Assembly (NCBI RefSeq): GCF_026571515.1
Contig: NW_026863680.1
Coordinates: forward strand, 62,001 to 126,000
Reading direction: 5' to 3'
DNA: 64,000 nucleotides
DNA from: Ruditapes philippinarum
Taxonomy: Eukaryota
Shown: in pieces, positions 22,829 to 38,600 of the stretch
Numbering within the stretch: position 1 is the stretch's first letter
Layout: each line of letters starts with the position of its first letter
The notes under the pieces: model-generated
Seen by the model: the letters and a program-made list of their open reading frames with translations, nothing else
What the model was told of the DNA's origin: nothing
The model's database searches: none
Made by a program: the position numbers and the translations under genes

Positions 22829-25806
22829 TTTATACAGATGTATAAAAAGGTTAATTAAACAAATACATTATTAACAGACTATGATAACTGAATGGCAACA
22901 TGGTAAAGAGATGGACAAACTATTTGAGCACAAATAAGTGTTTAGTTTCGCCTCAATATTACTCGATAAGGTTACATTTCTACAGTAAGCACAAAATTCC
23001 GCATAGCCCTTAGTTTAACTATCTGTTCCCATATGGTATTGACAGTGAACTTTGGACAGCATTAATATGTATTTTATGTTAACAGTTATATACAGCTATT
23101 TTACTTACATTTTAACATTCATCTAGTATCCTATTGACTCACCTATTGTCTTATGAGTGCGAGGCTGATATGTCAAAGTTGATGGCCGGCTAGTTCAAAT
23201 GCTTGAGACACAAATTATGGCCTTCAAATAATTTTATTTCAGATAAAGTTTTGTGGCTCAAACCATCAAAATCTGTTAAATAGATTGATGTGCACAATGT
23301 AATTTTAAATCCATGACTCGACGTCGACAGGTTAACATAGTCATTGTAGGCATAAGCTGTATTTATTCATGTAATCATCATAGATATCACCATTTTGTAA
23401 CAATGACGTTTCATGCATCATCATTGGGCATGTGTGTTAAATTCATTCAATAACTGGAATAGGAAATCATGGGTCTCTTCTGTATTTATTGATCGGATCA
23501 AAACTGATGCACATATATATTTAGTGTATAGACTTTGAAAAAGTGTACCAGTCAATGCTTCAGATCAAATATACAAGATGTTGGCATCGTAGTTTCAGCA
23601 AGGATTAACAATGAATTCCTTTTGATCCATGTTTGATATACCCATTGTAGCGTTCCATTACGCATTGCTGTATATATAAACTATTTTTACTCCAAGTCTA
23701 AGTAGGTTGTTTTATCTATGGAACAAACGACGATTCTACCCTAGGGACTTAATACTGTCCGCTACGCATTGCCACAAACTAAATATCTAAACTTGTGACA
23801 TGTTCTTATAAGTGGAATTCAAATAGTGTCATTCAGAGAGAGGCCAACGTGAACCGAGGTAATGATTGAGGTAATGATTTGTCGGGGAACACTTGGCAAT
23901 ATTACTACATACTCGGCACATTGTAGTTTTGGAGAATTTTGAAGTAATATTCCTTGTTTTGTCTCTTCAAGGAGTGTGACACTGGGACACTTTAGAGCAT
24001 ACATTATTATATAAATTTTGTAGATGTTCCCTTTAGAATGCTATACACGATAGCCAAATATCTAAAATTAAAGCCAAGTAAAGGATAACCTGAGAATACC
24101 TGTACAATTTAGTCTTAATTAATCTACCCAGTTGTTTAGACGAATATGTACTTTATTCCTTGAAAAGTGGAGGGACTTTATAGGGAATAAACAAAACAAT
24201 AAACCACCAGAAAGTTTTTAGAGAAAATGTTATTTTCCTACATGCAATGATAACACTATAACATATCAATGACTGTAGTGAAACAACACATCCTTTAATG
24301 CATTTTCAAACTTTACAGTAAAAACTTGCATTTAAAATAAATATATACATCTGTACATAAACCTATCTTCTCTCACACACATTTTTGCTGTTTTTAATCA
24401 AGTTCTCATCAAAAGTAACAACACATGGATAAATCAAATACTAATACTAAGTTGCTTAGAAGAATACACAAGTAGATAGTATGTTACACTGTTTGACCAG
24501 TAATATTTTGAAAAGATGTTTTTATTATATTTTCTTACATGAAACATATAATAACAAGAGGTGTATGTTTTACAATGCAAATCACCTCACACTATGATTT
24601 TCTAGCTTTCTGGGGTTGAAAGACTTCAAAGATGTTAGCAAACTTGATTAATTGGATATCAACATCCATTCATATCTGCCTATACTAAATCTACTTGTGT
24701 AATCTACGGTAATGAAACATATAAACTTTTTTTTCAGTAAGAAAATACTAGCATGTGATCCGAGATCTTTTAAATAAGCATTTTCACATTCATATATGCA
24801 ATATTTAACCTAATCACCTGTAGTGTATTAACATATTACAAGCAGGATGTCATACATTAAATCAGAATGATGTTGAAAGTGTAACATGCATACAAGCAGC
24901 AGCATGGCTTGTATTGCAATTTTTGTTAAACACAAGAAACAAACAAATTCATGCTTGATTTTCCCATCAATAACGGGAAACTATATGTTAAATTTCTGAC
25001 TTATCAAGTGTTAAACATGACAAAATGACAATATTATAAAGGGTCCCTCCTCCCTAATTCTGCTGCACACAGTTTAATGCACTGTACATCATGTGTATGA
25101 CATTCAAACAAAAACCAGTTACCATAGCAATAAAATAAATTTGTCATATATGGTAAAATGTAAAACATAAAATGTAGTGTATGGACAGCCTAGATGTTAT
25201 AGTCATAACAGTTACCTTAAATTATGTTTGATGCATGATATACCATTTATAACATAACATAATATATCAGATTCTTACAGCAATGCAAGTCTAGTAAATT
25301 CAGGGTAGTAAGTTACTATATGCACTATAACTCTACAATTATCTCATGTTCAGTTGTAGGGCATAAAAAGGGCATGTATACAAACACAATTCTATTACAT
25401 AAAACAGCACATTTAAATCAATCACTTGTAATAAAATGATGAAAACAAGGAAAGTAAACATTTCAAACTAGTGAAATATACATCAACATCTTGGACCCTT
25501 ACACGGATTTCAAACCTGTATTTGGTTAATCAAATCCTTCAATAACTAAACAGTTACTTAGACATTTTACATTATACACATTTCAAAGATAATATCTGTT
25601 AAAATCATCTATTTCAAATATGCATCTTTTAAAGTAAATATTCACATATTCATATTTACTTTAAAATTTAATAGTGTCGAACGACCTGTGAAGAATAAGC
25701 TTGCCTATTAAAGAAAACATTGCATAAATGAAGCAAAAAGGGAGCTTTATGTTGTGTAATATGATGACCAAGTCTTAAAACACAGCAACAAGTCAAGAAA
25801 AAATAT

Positions 25807-26025
25807 GAGCCGCATCATGACAAAACCAACATAATGGGTTTGCTACCAGCCTTGGCATCCACGCAGTCTGATCAGGATCCATGCTGTTCGCTTACAAATT
25901 CTATAACAAGTAGAGAAACCGATAACGAACAGCATGGATCCTGATCAGAGAGCACAGATGCGCAGGCTGGTCTGGATCCATGCTGGTCACAAACGCATTA
26001 TGTTGGTTTTGTCATGACGCGGCTC
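25807..26025. mobile_element. Second copy of the palindromic MITE (opposite orientation)
   Basis: Same TIRs, ATAT TSD, spacer is the reverse complement of the 16316 copy, about 16-bp deletion in the left arm. Confidence 0.88.
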
Positions 26026-27490
26026 ATATGTAATAATCATAAATGTTTACCTTTGACCGTTACCACTAAGATAGATGCAGCCATTTATTCTATTTATAGT
26101 TTTATAACTTCTTTGCTATACTTATATATATATATATATACACAAACATTCAAAATCAAAATATTTATAACTCAACATAAACTTATGATGTCAGCAACAA
26201 CAAATATCACATTTCTTCATTGCTTAACTGGAAAATAAAATGCAGCAGTACAGATTTATTTTGATTTCATTTTCTAATTATTTCTATTTTACTTGCTTAA
26301 CAAAAAATTCAAATTTCTACAAAATTTTAACAGTTAAAAATATAAAAAATGACCTAACATAATTTAATGGTAACAAATATATTGCCTTCAATGTCATACA
26401 TGTATCAAATACATAACCATGCATTTTATTTAGTAAATATATCCTCATAGTTAGTCAGGTGCCATTATAAATATTAAGCTGAATCTAACACTCTAACGAA
26501 TTGTCAACGTAAGCAAAATCAGAATTTAAACTTTAATATTTGTAGCAAAAAAAAAGGTAGGCAAAGTTGTTATTTTCTTTTGTTTTTTGCTCTCTAACAC
26601 TCATTATGTTATTATTATGTTGTGTTAGTGATGGCGTAAATTCACTAACATATGATATTAACAAATGTGTTACTAAATCCACATAAAATCTGTAAAACAT
26701 GGCAGTAATTGTTTAAAAGATTTATAAATTATGTAGGAAAATATTGTTAGCCTTCTAACTGCATCTATCCCTAGATACTAATTGTTGAAATTCAACATAT
26801 ACATAACTCTTATCATCGACTGAAGCCTCTTTTTTTTATATAAAAAACATTCTAATTTTGTATTTACATAACCAAAAAAATAATAACATTTCTATATTAT
26901 TAAACTAATTTTCTGTTTTCGCATTTTTAAAACTATTGTGGCCATGTATGAAAAAACTATAAATCTAAAACAATATCAATTATTATGTAAAATAAATATC
27001 AAAATTTACCCCAAAAAACTAAATGTAGTGTAAAACAGTTCAGTAAAAAATCACAAAATGTTTTATTTAGGTGGAAAAAGATAACTGATGTGCCAGGAAT
27101 GGCTATATAACAAACAAAAGTATAAAATCTAATACTTGACTATATATCCTGAAAATATCAATTATGCTTTAACATTATTTTTTGTTGCCTAGTTAATGAC
27201 CTCGGCATGCTGATAACTTGTTCATATTTCCTTATATTTATGAAATGATATCAACAACACCTGTAACAGACTCTCTCTATATTCTGCTTTTATAGTAATA
27301 TAGCTGAAAGATAAAATACTTGATAGGTTGTGATAGGTTCCTCATTATATCAGATTCAAACGAAAAACAATAACAATAGAAATAAGAACTTCTAAACCAT
27401 TCTTTCTGTATCATGATAAATATATATCAGAATAACAAAATAAAATGATATTTATCAGCTGTAATACAAGAGATGATGCAGGTTTAACAG

Positions 27491-28072
27491 AACAAGAGGG
27501 CCATGATGGCCCTGAAGTCGCTCACCTGCATATAGGCCCCCCGGAGCGGGGCCAGTTTAAACCCCAGGGCTTTTATTTGAACAAACTTGGTAGACACCCA
27601 TTAGAAGATGTTTCATGCTAAACATCTAAGGTCTAGCTCGTTGGGTTTTTTAAAAGAAGATTTTTTAAGTTTTTTCTTTACACATATATTCAAAAACAAT
27701 GACACCCCTGGGGCAGGGCCAGTTTTGACCCCAGGGCTTTTATTTGAACAATTTTTGTAGACACTCACTAGAAGATGTTTCATGCCAAATATCTAAGCTC
27801 TAGCTCTTTGGGTTTTTTAGAAGAAGATATTTAAAGTTTTTTCTTTTGGTTGCCATGGCAACCAGAGTTCTGCATGGAATTAAATTCTTTGAACAATTTT
27901 CAAAGGTGACCACCAAAGGAACATTCCTGTGAAGTTTGGATGAAATTGGCTTAGTGGTTTATGAGGAGATGTCATTTAAAGTAAAAGTTTACGGACGCCG
28001 GACGGACAGACGGATGCCGGACGAAAAGCGATCACAAAAGCTCACCCTGTCACAAAGTGACAGGTGAGCTAA
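27491..28072 (+). mobile_element. HINE/Helentron-like non-autonomous element with about 2 x 167-bp internal repeats
   Basis: AACAAGAGGGCCATGATGGCCCT...GCTCACCTG start; (GGAC) microsatellite; 3' hairpin AGCTCACCCTGTCAC-AAA-GTGACAGGTGAGCT. Confidence 0.85.
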
Positions 28073-29439
28073 AAACAAAATATTACAATCTCACAACATT
28101 AAAACCAAATTAATATCTTAAAGAGACAAAAATAAATCACCATTCCATGCGTATAACTTTACGAGTTTATTATCAATTCTATAGCAATACTTTTCCTTTC
28201 TTATTTTTTTTTTAATAATACTGAATAGTTGGTGTTTCTTTTAAAATACAATAATGTATCAGTAAATTTCAATCTTATCAAAGTGAGACTCACTCAAATC
28301 ACCAGTTTTCTAGAAATAAACAAATGGCATCTTGAAATGATTAGATATGACACATTTGTTTAAGGTAATCACTTGTAATAAACAGATCCAAAAATGATTA
28401 TCATATCACAACAGATATTGAGCACGAGATTTCATAGCCTGATATAGTCTCATCTGTATCTATGGTTACTACGGAAACAAGTCTGAAAATACTTCTCTGT
28501 GATTGGTCTGATACTACACTTAAATCTGTGAAATAACCAATCAAAAGCTTTCTTTCAGAGACTGAATTCAAAACAAAAGATAAGTGTCATACATGATGAT
28601 TTTTACACTGGTTTTTATTCTGAACTAACAATATCAGATGAAACCTTCCAGACCAAGGAAGAGTTTGCTTTTACTAGAAGGCATACTTCTGTTATAAAAT
28701 TTCATGACTAATGGCATAACAGATTTTAGATAAAAGAAACACATACACAAATACATACAATCTAATGCTGTTATTATCATTTACACATAATTTGATGAAT
28801 CAAGAATTAAACAATTAGCACATTTGTTTCTTATCTATATACATATTTAGTACATTTCACCAAGAAAAGCTGTACAGAGCAAAATGTTTTAACAAACAGA
28901 AGTGTAACAAAAATGAAAATCAAGTCCTTTTCAATAAAAGCAGATTAAATTATTGTTTGTTTTTCAAGTAAATCTTAAAAATTGTATGTTTTTCAAGTAA
29001 ATCTTAAACTAAAGCTTTAATTTCATACAAAATTCAAATGTTCATGCGAGATCATTGCATTTACCATCACATCAGGATATTAAATCTTTACGTAAATATT
29101 TCAGATCAGTAAGTTTTACACTATTCATGTTTTCATTCTTAGACTTTTATGATTTGGTAAGCAGGTCATTCAATTTCTTAATATTCCTTAATACTCAAAA
29201 GGTATGAATTTATATGAAAGCAATAATTATTGCTTATTTCTATTTTTTGTCTGCATTAAAATATCAAGTACCTTATTCTTGTTTAATCCTTATTTTATCA
29301 AACACAACACAAATATTCCAATCACCAACACTTGTGTATATTTTAACCTTGAAGATCACTTCAAAAAACTCTGATGTGTTTCGAAATTTCACTTTAATAT
29401 TTCTGTACAAGGGTGTACTTGTCAAATAAAATCATAAAG

Positions 29440-29617
29440 CTATTGATCTTTTTGCCATGGTTTTTTATCAACTCCTTTATGTGCTGGTATGTGAGAATTC
29501 CGGCATTTATCACCATATGTACATCCGGTTGTTCTCCAAAAATAGCACTCATTTCCATTAACTGGTCCAGATTGTTTTTGGTTTCTCACAGCAGTCCCTA
29601 TTGTGATTGTCCCATTA
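29440..29617 (-). CDS. Terminal coding exon: CCCH zinc finger
   Basis: tttcag|T AAT GGG...SGPVNGNECYFWRTTGCTYGDKCRNSHIPAHKGVDKKPWQKDQ*; C-X7-C-X5-C-X3-H; phase matches the 41327 donor. Confidence 0.88.
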
Positions 29618-32600
29618 CTGAAATAAAACAAAAATATATACAAATTCTAATCATAAGCTTACACAAGATATTTATATAATAATTTTTATTCACAAAATAA
29701 TACTTCTGATTATATTCAGGTGAAATCTTCTCAAAATATGTTGAGTAGACAATTTTTGTGCTCATTTTAAACAACACATCATAAAGGTATTATTGCAGTA
29801 AGAATTACAGAAATGAAATGTGTCAATTTATTATGACAACTGGGTATAATGTGATTTAGTAGGACTAAAATTTTCCGATTATTAAAACCTTAAATTGAAA
29901 TCGTATTCTGCACCTGCCTCTTTCTGGTAAAATATAAAACTGTTTTCATGTCGAGGGATTCCAAAACTTTAATACTACTCCATATGAATAATTCAAAGAC
30001 AAAGAACTTGAATGAAAGGTTCCTTTAATTTAGCTTACAAAGTAAAATATACAATACTTCAAAGGGATAACTCACCAGAAAAAAAAAACAACATTATAAT
30101 ATTTAATGCTAATAAACAATGTAAAAGAATGTGTAAAACATCTTCATTAAACTAACTGTCCAAATTACTTAGTAATCGAGGCCTATACTACATACGTGAC
30201 TATGTGCAGTAGGGGAAAATATTTACAGAATTAGCAAATAGTGTTAAGAGACTGAAAAGAGAAGAATTTTGAAGAGAACTTTTTATTTAAATAAAAACTT
30301 ATACATACTAGATATCATCTAACTGCACTGACAATTTTTGAAAAATTAATTCTGTCAAGAAAAAATTGATTTATTTATAAAAGGGACTTTGTTGTGCACT
30401 GTCTATATGCTTCAAATAAATTTTCTCTGTTTGTGTTTTTTACTGTGGGTAAAACCACAAATTCAGCTGGTAATTATAACAGAATGCCTATAGGAGTAAG
30501 CTCCCTTGAATATCTTTATGGTAATTAAACAGAATGCCTTCAGTAGTAAGCTCCCTTAAATATCTATATGGTAATTAAACAGAATACCTACAGGAGTAAG
30601 CTCCCGTGAATAAATATAAAGTCCAGATAAAGACTACAGCAGCTATAAAATCAAGAACTTATAACAGTACACAAAAATACACCAAAAGCTTGCATCAAAC
30701 TTCTACTAGGCGAAGCTCAGCTACCAAAAGCCCCGACATAAATTGGGAAAAATAAAAGACTGAAGTGAACTGGGGTGTGAAAATGAACAGAAAATTATAA
30801 TAAAATGAACAACATTGATACAGGTTGTGCACATGGTATAAAAATGAAAATGACAGCATAATGGAAATCATATTAACCACTGTTTGCAAACCCAATTTTC
30901 TCTATGATATATGGGATTAGTCTCCTGATAGTACCAGCAACTTTTTTGGTGAGATGTCATAGAAGAGACGGTTACACTGCCACCTAAAGCAGCTAGGAAC
31001 AGTTAGACCAGTGTTTCAAAATCTGTACTTTATTTTCACCAAAAAAGCATTATTTCCCACAATATTTTATGTACACAGTTCTCCCCCAACATTTTTCATC
31101 CTTGGCATTTTTTTCACCATTATCTGAATCTATTTCCATTACATTACTCTTATTCATGGGGAAAGTGATATCAGAAGGGAAACATTTTCTTTTATTCATA
31201 CATATGAACAACTTCAGGTCAGAAACATATATATCAACCCAGCATATTTCTTTGTTTGGTTTTATGGTAGAAACCAGGTGGCACATACTAGATATTGGCA
31301 ATTTATTTTCACATCAATGTTTAAACATTGTACATCTTTTACTCTTTTATAGTGTCTATTCTAGGATGCAAAATTTGTCAGAAATTGGGATATTTTCTAT
31401 CTCACTCCTCAACACACACACAAACACAGGCATAGGAAAAAAAGAGATTTGTTTTACAAAAGGGCAGGCTTTATCATTTTATTATTTCAATTTGGTTAAA
31501 AGATTGTATCAAAGTTAATTAATTTTTAAAGAAATTTGTTTTATCATAAGTGCAGACAAATATGACAAATATCAATCAATATACCTATATCAACATATCA
31601 ATGCCAAAAATATAAGTAGTTAAATTGCATTTCTATTGGGTTTCTTTTGTTTCTTTAATATTGCATAGAATTTTCAGATCCAAAGATAAACACTTTTTTT
31701 ACAAGACCTTCGAAAAATTGCATAAATCATGAAATTCGCACCCTAGAATAGACACTTGATATACTTTGTACATGATTTTACAACAGCTCTCTCTCTCTCT
31801 TTTTATCTCTCTCTCTGCAAAACAATTTTGTAATTTCATAAAAATAATTAAATTCAAATGGTGAAAAATACGACAAGAAAGAAAAAAAGAAGGTAACATT
31901 TTATCATGCAGTATATACTTACATTCAGAATTTTCGTTTTCTACCAAAGTCAAAATGCCTAAGAATAGAAGTTTCCATAGTAACTGTTAAATTTATAGAA
32001 ATATACCGATATCTTTTCTAAAACATGAAACCGTGAACCATAATAAAAAAATCCCCTGTTACAAAAAAGGTTTCCAAATTTATGATTTACAAATGTATAT
32101 GAAAACAATCTGCAATGTCTCTAAAACAATGTCGCATTCATTTAATAATTATTATTCACTTATCTTAGTAACAAAAAAAAAACCTTTGTTCAGGGGGAAA
32201 AAACAAAACCAGGCTGAGCAACTGACCAACATTTTAACAGCATAATCTGCCTAAAACAAAACACATTGACAGGACAGTTGTAAGCACACACTAAAAATAA
32301 CTAGGAAAACAAGAACATGTTTGGTTAACACAAATGCCCCAGCCATGATTCTTGTGACAAACAAATTTTCAAAACAGGTCTACCCATTTAATCAATTTTG
32401 GACAGAAAAATTGCGAAAATAAAATGTTAACAGTTATGTAACTTGACAAAGTCATATCCTTTCGTGAAAAATATAAGTTGACATGTCATTGCTATTTGAT
32501 GAAGATGAAAAATACTCAACTTACCAATAAAATAAAGACTCCACCCAAACTTAGAGCCCCACCTGAGGAATGTTCCGTCTAAATATGAGGCATTGGTAAA

Positions 32601-35600
32601 AAAAATAAAGGCTGTAAAAATCTGTTGTTGGCACAGGTGACCATGATCTTATCTAACTACCAAATATGAAGGACATCAGTCAATATATATGACTGTATAA
32701 GCCAATCTATTTAACTCTTTAATTGGCACCCTTGACCTTGGCCCATTGACCCCTAACTGAGTACAAAGGAAGAAGACCATGTAAGTAACTTCCTACCAAA
32801 TATGAAGCACATCTGTTAATAAATAAAGGCTGTAAAGTGCTTAAATATTTTTTAGCACTGATGACCTTGATCTATCTGACCCTTAACTCCATCCAACAGT
32901 ATGAAGACTTCTCAATTGAAGTGCCTACCAAATATAAGACATCTGTCAATAGATCAAGATTACACCTGTAAGTGTAAAAATCTATTTTTAACATTGGTGA
33001 TCTTAACCTTGACCAAGATGACACCTTACTAAACAAGAAGAAAGAGAATCTTCCTAGGCATGCCTAAATTGAATATGAAAGATGTCAATTTGAATAAAGG
33101 TTGTATGAGCAAAAATGTGTAAATTTATTTTTGACACCATTTACCTTGACCCAGTGACCCCTACCTCTACAAAATGATAGAGAATCATTAAAGGTATCCA
33201 CTTACCAAATATTGAAGATATCATTTAACAAATGACGTAATTAGAAGAAATTTAATATAAATTCAACTTGCCGGAACAGGTTAACCATACAGGGTCCTAT
33301 TTCAAATGTGATAAAAAGGGAAATATCTGGGAAAAATACATGGCATAGTTATATAACTTGACAACATCATGTAACTTGTATTGATAAGTAAGTGTAGAAT
33401 TTATGAAGCCATTAGTACAGATAGAACTTCAAATATATCTAACTTGCCAGTTTAGGTTAACCATATCCACTTTCAAAGTACTGAAAAGGGCAATAACTTG
33501 AAAAAAATGGAAGCCATAGTTATGTGACTTGCCCAGATCATGTAGTTTATATTGATTAGTGTGTAAATTATGAAGCCATTGGTACAGGTAGAACTTAAGG
33601 TAAATCAACCAGTTTAAGTTGACCTCATACAGACAGACAGTCAGACGAACAGTTCAATTACTATATGCCCAGGGGCATAATAACTCCAACAATTCTAACA
33701 GATGCCAAGGGTATCATTCTTTTTTAGACAAAATAATAATAGAAAATAGTTCCATGTCTAAACCACATAATAAAATACATGCTCATTCACGTAATAAAAC
33801 AAGAATAATGCAAATCCATTTAACTTAAAAGATAAACAATATTAAAGCAAAACATGGAGACACAATATAACTTTTATCAAGACGTATTCCAGTCAATTAT
33901 CCAACTAGACCAAATGTCTTATACTGATGTGCAAAATGGTGTTGAGATTTTTAGTTTGCATGTCTACAAAAGAGAATCTGACAGAAAGAATGCATACAAA
34001 CTCTAACACATATGCCCTAGCCAGATTCTTGTCATAAGCCAATATGCCCAAAAAAGTTTACCCAGCTATGAAAGAGGAGATTGCTCAAGACAACTTATTA
34101 ATACAGTTATATATAACTTGACAGTGATGACCTTTTTTTTTATTGGAAAGAATGTAAATTTGTATGTCACTCCTATGAAGTTCAAAGATATTTACCTTGA
34201 CATTCAAATATACATAACTGCAAGATATTGAACCCGAAACTAATGGCCCTAAAATTATAAGGTTTCCACCTACCAAATATGAAAGGCAATGATCAGCAAA
34301 AAAGGCTGCCAAAGTAAAAAAAATTTTTAAGTATTGGTGACCTTAACCTTGTGACCTTAAACATCAATCAAAGTCAGAGAATGACCCAATTTATTGTTCC
34401 TTATAATATGAAATACATCAGTCAATAAAGATAGGCTGTACGAGCAAATATTAGAAATTGATTTTAGGCTTCAGTGACTTTGATGCCAGTCCCCGCTATC
34501 ACCACAAAAAGTTAGAAGACCATCCAAGTTATCTACCTACCAAATTGTAAAATATTGGCCTATAAATTAAGTTGCTAAGAGAAATACAGGACATTTAAAA
34601 ATATAAGACATTTTCAACTTGCTAGAATGATAATTTCTGTCATATTTTGAATATCACATTGGAACATCATTCACAAGGTACTCTCGGGATGAAAAATCCC
34701 ATCTGACTCACAAACATCTTACATGTTCTACCATATAATAAATGGATTACCTCAATAAATTAATTTTTCATGGAAATCAATGTTATTTCATCTATTACTA
34801 TTACCTTATAGTGGCAAATTTATAACTTTATAGGGAGAGGAACTATATAACTTTTCTTTCATTCTAATCCCTTTCAAATTTATGTAACAACAAGAATGTC
34901 GAACGACACATATGCCCCCCTTTCTAGCCCTTGACTCACATAATTGGTAATTTTGTTACAGAAACTTGCCATAAATGGGTACATGGAAGTGTTCAATTAT
35001 GGAAAAAAGAAAAATAATGAAGACTTTGTGATAAATAGTTTTCAAGATTATGAGATATTTAAGGCCCCTGTGACCTAGAACTTTGAACTAGTGACCCAAA
35101 ATCAATAGGGGTCATCTAATAGGTATTACTAATCAATACTACAAATATGAAGACTTTGTGATAAATAGTTTTCAAGATTATAAGCGGAAACCAAACTGAC
35201 ATTCAAGAACCCTGTGAACTTGACCTTTGACCTACTCACCCCAAAATCAATAGGTTCACTTACTTGTGATAAAAAATCTTCAAGATAATCAGCGGAAACC
35301 ATTTTGACATTTAAGGCCCCTGTGACCTTGACCTTTGACCTAGTGAACCCAAAAGCAATATGGGTCATCTACTAGTTATGACCAATCACATTGTGAATTA
35401 TGAAGACTTTGAGATGAATACTTTTCAAGATAATCAGCGGAAACCATTTTCACATTTAAGGTCCCTGTGACCTTGACCTTTGACCTAGTGACCCCAAAAT
35501 CAATAGGGGTCATCTACTAGTTATGACCAATCAATATGTGAAATATGACTTCTTTCTGATGAATACTTTTCAAGATAATCAGCGGAAACCATTTTGACAT

Positions 35601-38600
35601 TTAAGGCCCCTGTGACCTTGACCTTTGACCTAGTGACCCCAAAATCAATAGGGGTCATCTACTAGTTATGACCAATCACTACGTGAAATATGAAGACTTT
35701 GTGATAAATACTTTTCAAGATAATCAGCGGAAACCATGTGGTCTACCGACGGACAGACCGACCGACATTAGCAAAACAATACACCCCCTCTTCTTCGAAG
35801 GGGGGCATAATTATATACATATAAAATGTAATATATATAAAATATTGAAATAAATATGTTTAAACTAAATTTATAACTTCTTTCATAAAGGCAAAATGAC
35901 ATCATTTTAATAATTCAGTTTAATTCTAACTTATGACAAAAAGATGTCATTTTACATGTATTGTATCCCTTGTTTGAGGTCAGTAATATACTTAATGGTT
36001 ATGAATAAACATTTTTAAAACTAAAATTCATGACTATGCAAATAAATATATGTATGTATAATAAGCAAACATAGGTAACAGCTATGAGCATCGGATAAAA
36101 AACAACTCTGTTCACAACTATGCAAGTCCTGGATGTGTTACATAAATAACTTAATTATCTTTACTCTCTGCAGAGGCTCTTAACTTGAGGAGTTCATGTA
36201 ACTTTACATGAAACATCCTACACCAAACACCCTTCTAATATAAGACAATTCACTGATTAAAAAGGCAATGTTTCTATCAAAAGCTTAGTACAATATCAAA
36301 GGACAATAACAACAGATAGAAAGCACGCACTTTTCGTGCAAGTAGTACCTAGATACATACCCCTAAATATCCTTATCTAGCAGAATGAAACAGTAGAAAA
36401 AGAGTAAAATCAGGCTGACTAGTATTTGTTTGAAATACCCCTACATAAAACGTTCATCATGTTGTAAGATAATCAAATAATAGTCAAGTGAAGAAAAGAT
36501 CAGTTGTTTAGAAGAAATATAACAATGGATGGTTAATTAATATTAGAAATAAGTAGCTGATACACATTATCAGTTAAAATACATATAATAAAATATAATA
36601 TACAAAGTAGGTAGTATGTCAATCATGAAAACATAAGTCTTAAGAGAAATAATTTTTGAAATGGTTTTTAAATGACCAAATAAGAACACATAACTGGTGT
36701 AAAAATGGTTGAAATAAACTCAACAACATGAACCAAACCTATAAAATACAATTGAAGAAAAATCACATACATTTGGGAAACAGTTTCTGAATCAAAGTCA
36801 TGCTGGGAACAATTTGATGGTATATTATGCATTTCTTATACCTTTTTCAGTATTTGAAAAACTGGTATAAGAATATAGAATACAGATTAGTCAATGAATG
36901 TATGGGCAAGTGAAAAAAAATCTACTTTTATTAACAATGATCTTGACTATGACCAAAAAAAACACCTTAACTCCACACAAAGTTAAGACGATAACCCAAG
37001 GTGTGTATGTTACAAATATAAGACAGCCATCAATGAATGAGAAAAATGGCAAAAAATATATTTTAGCACTGGTGACCATGACCCCGAAAAAGAACACTTC
37101 CATCATTTAGAGTTTGTTTGTCTGCTTTATAAGCCAATTACAACAGATTTGTTGTCATATCTCCAACTATCTAGTAATACTAATTTCTCTTTAAGTGGCC
37201 AAAAACCAAATGATTTCTAAATCAGTGGTGAGAGACAAATGACCATTAGACTAAGATAAATTGTCATGGACCAGCTATGGTATACAGCTGGTATCAGTCA
37301 AAAGGATAAACTACAGGAAAGAACTACAAAATTTCTATACTACTGAGGACTATGTCACATGCTTAACATATATTTTACCGGAGCGTATAAAATGTTTAGA
37401 TAAACACAAGGAAAAAATACAGAGGAAAACTCTCATCATTTCAATCCATAATGTTATACAAATTTACTCCTGTCAATTGTCAATGGATACAAAGTAAACA
37501 ATGAAGAACTGTAAATTTCAGTAAGATATGAGAAAGTTTTCTACAAATGTAAGAAGGCCTAGCAACTTACTACATGTAAATTAGTTAGCTAAAAAAAGTG
37601 TAGTTTTTCCACCAATGCATAAGATATACTTGCTAAGCTAGCTGCATCTTTGGAGTTTTTCAAATCTAATCATTTCATTTAGCACTTAATTATATACCTT
37701 TCTGATAAAAAAAATCAGTGAACTAAATAAATCTAAACATTCTGGTAATTCTGTGAATCGAGGTGTTTTTCACACAAAGGTTTGTTTGTTCAGATTTTGT
37801 ATTTCTGCATGCATTCTATTAAAGAAAATAAAATGAGTATGGTAATCTGGCAGATTTTATCATCCATGTTGATTGTATACAGTTGTGCTCCCACTCACTA
37901 GTTATTGAATTGTGAGAATACAAACTTGCCTGACACAATGACCTATCAGAAAAGCACACTCGCTGCCTTATTCCCAATATTCCTTTGGTTATTTACAAAA
38001 AAAGTTTCTCGGACCTAATTTCATGAACCTACAGAAACTTAAGGAACTTTTTTTACCAATATACAACAATTTGATACTTCATTAAACAAAAAGAACCTTT
38101 TTAAAATCTAAAAACATGTACACTGAAACAATGACACCGTGAAAGCATTACCATTTTAACACATAAAATTGATCTTTAAATAAAGAGCAAAAATCACAAG
38201 TATCTACATAATATTTAAAAATCAACTCTTACTTTTCCCTTATCTTCAAAAATGCATACTATGGGTTATACATGTATGTATCATAAATGATGGAAGGATG
38301 TTTCCGGCTTCCTATTACAAATTCAGGACAACATATATTCAATTCACTATCTCTAGATCTCTCACATCCTCGGTAACCCTAGGTATTTTCTGTCCGTCAG
38401 TTTTAAATGTAGTGTATACAGAATGTGTACTGAAGGTTCCAACAATGCTCAAGACATTATATAGTATGTATCAAGCACATATTCTTTTTATATAATCTTT
38501 TAATCTAGCTATTCAATAAGCTCCTGCACCTTGCATTAATAAAGCATTATATAAACAACATATGTCCCCCCTATCTGTTCATATTATCATAACAAAACAT

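Noticed and set aside
30469-30612. CRISPR-like array
   Set aside because: Whole units repeat with no unique spacers, in a eukaryotic intron.
31050-31518. 149-aa and 83-aa overlapping ORFs
   Set aside because: AT-rich intronic composition, no domain, no supporting splice signals.
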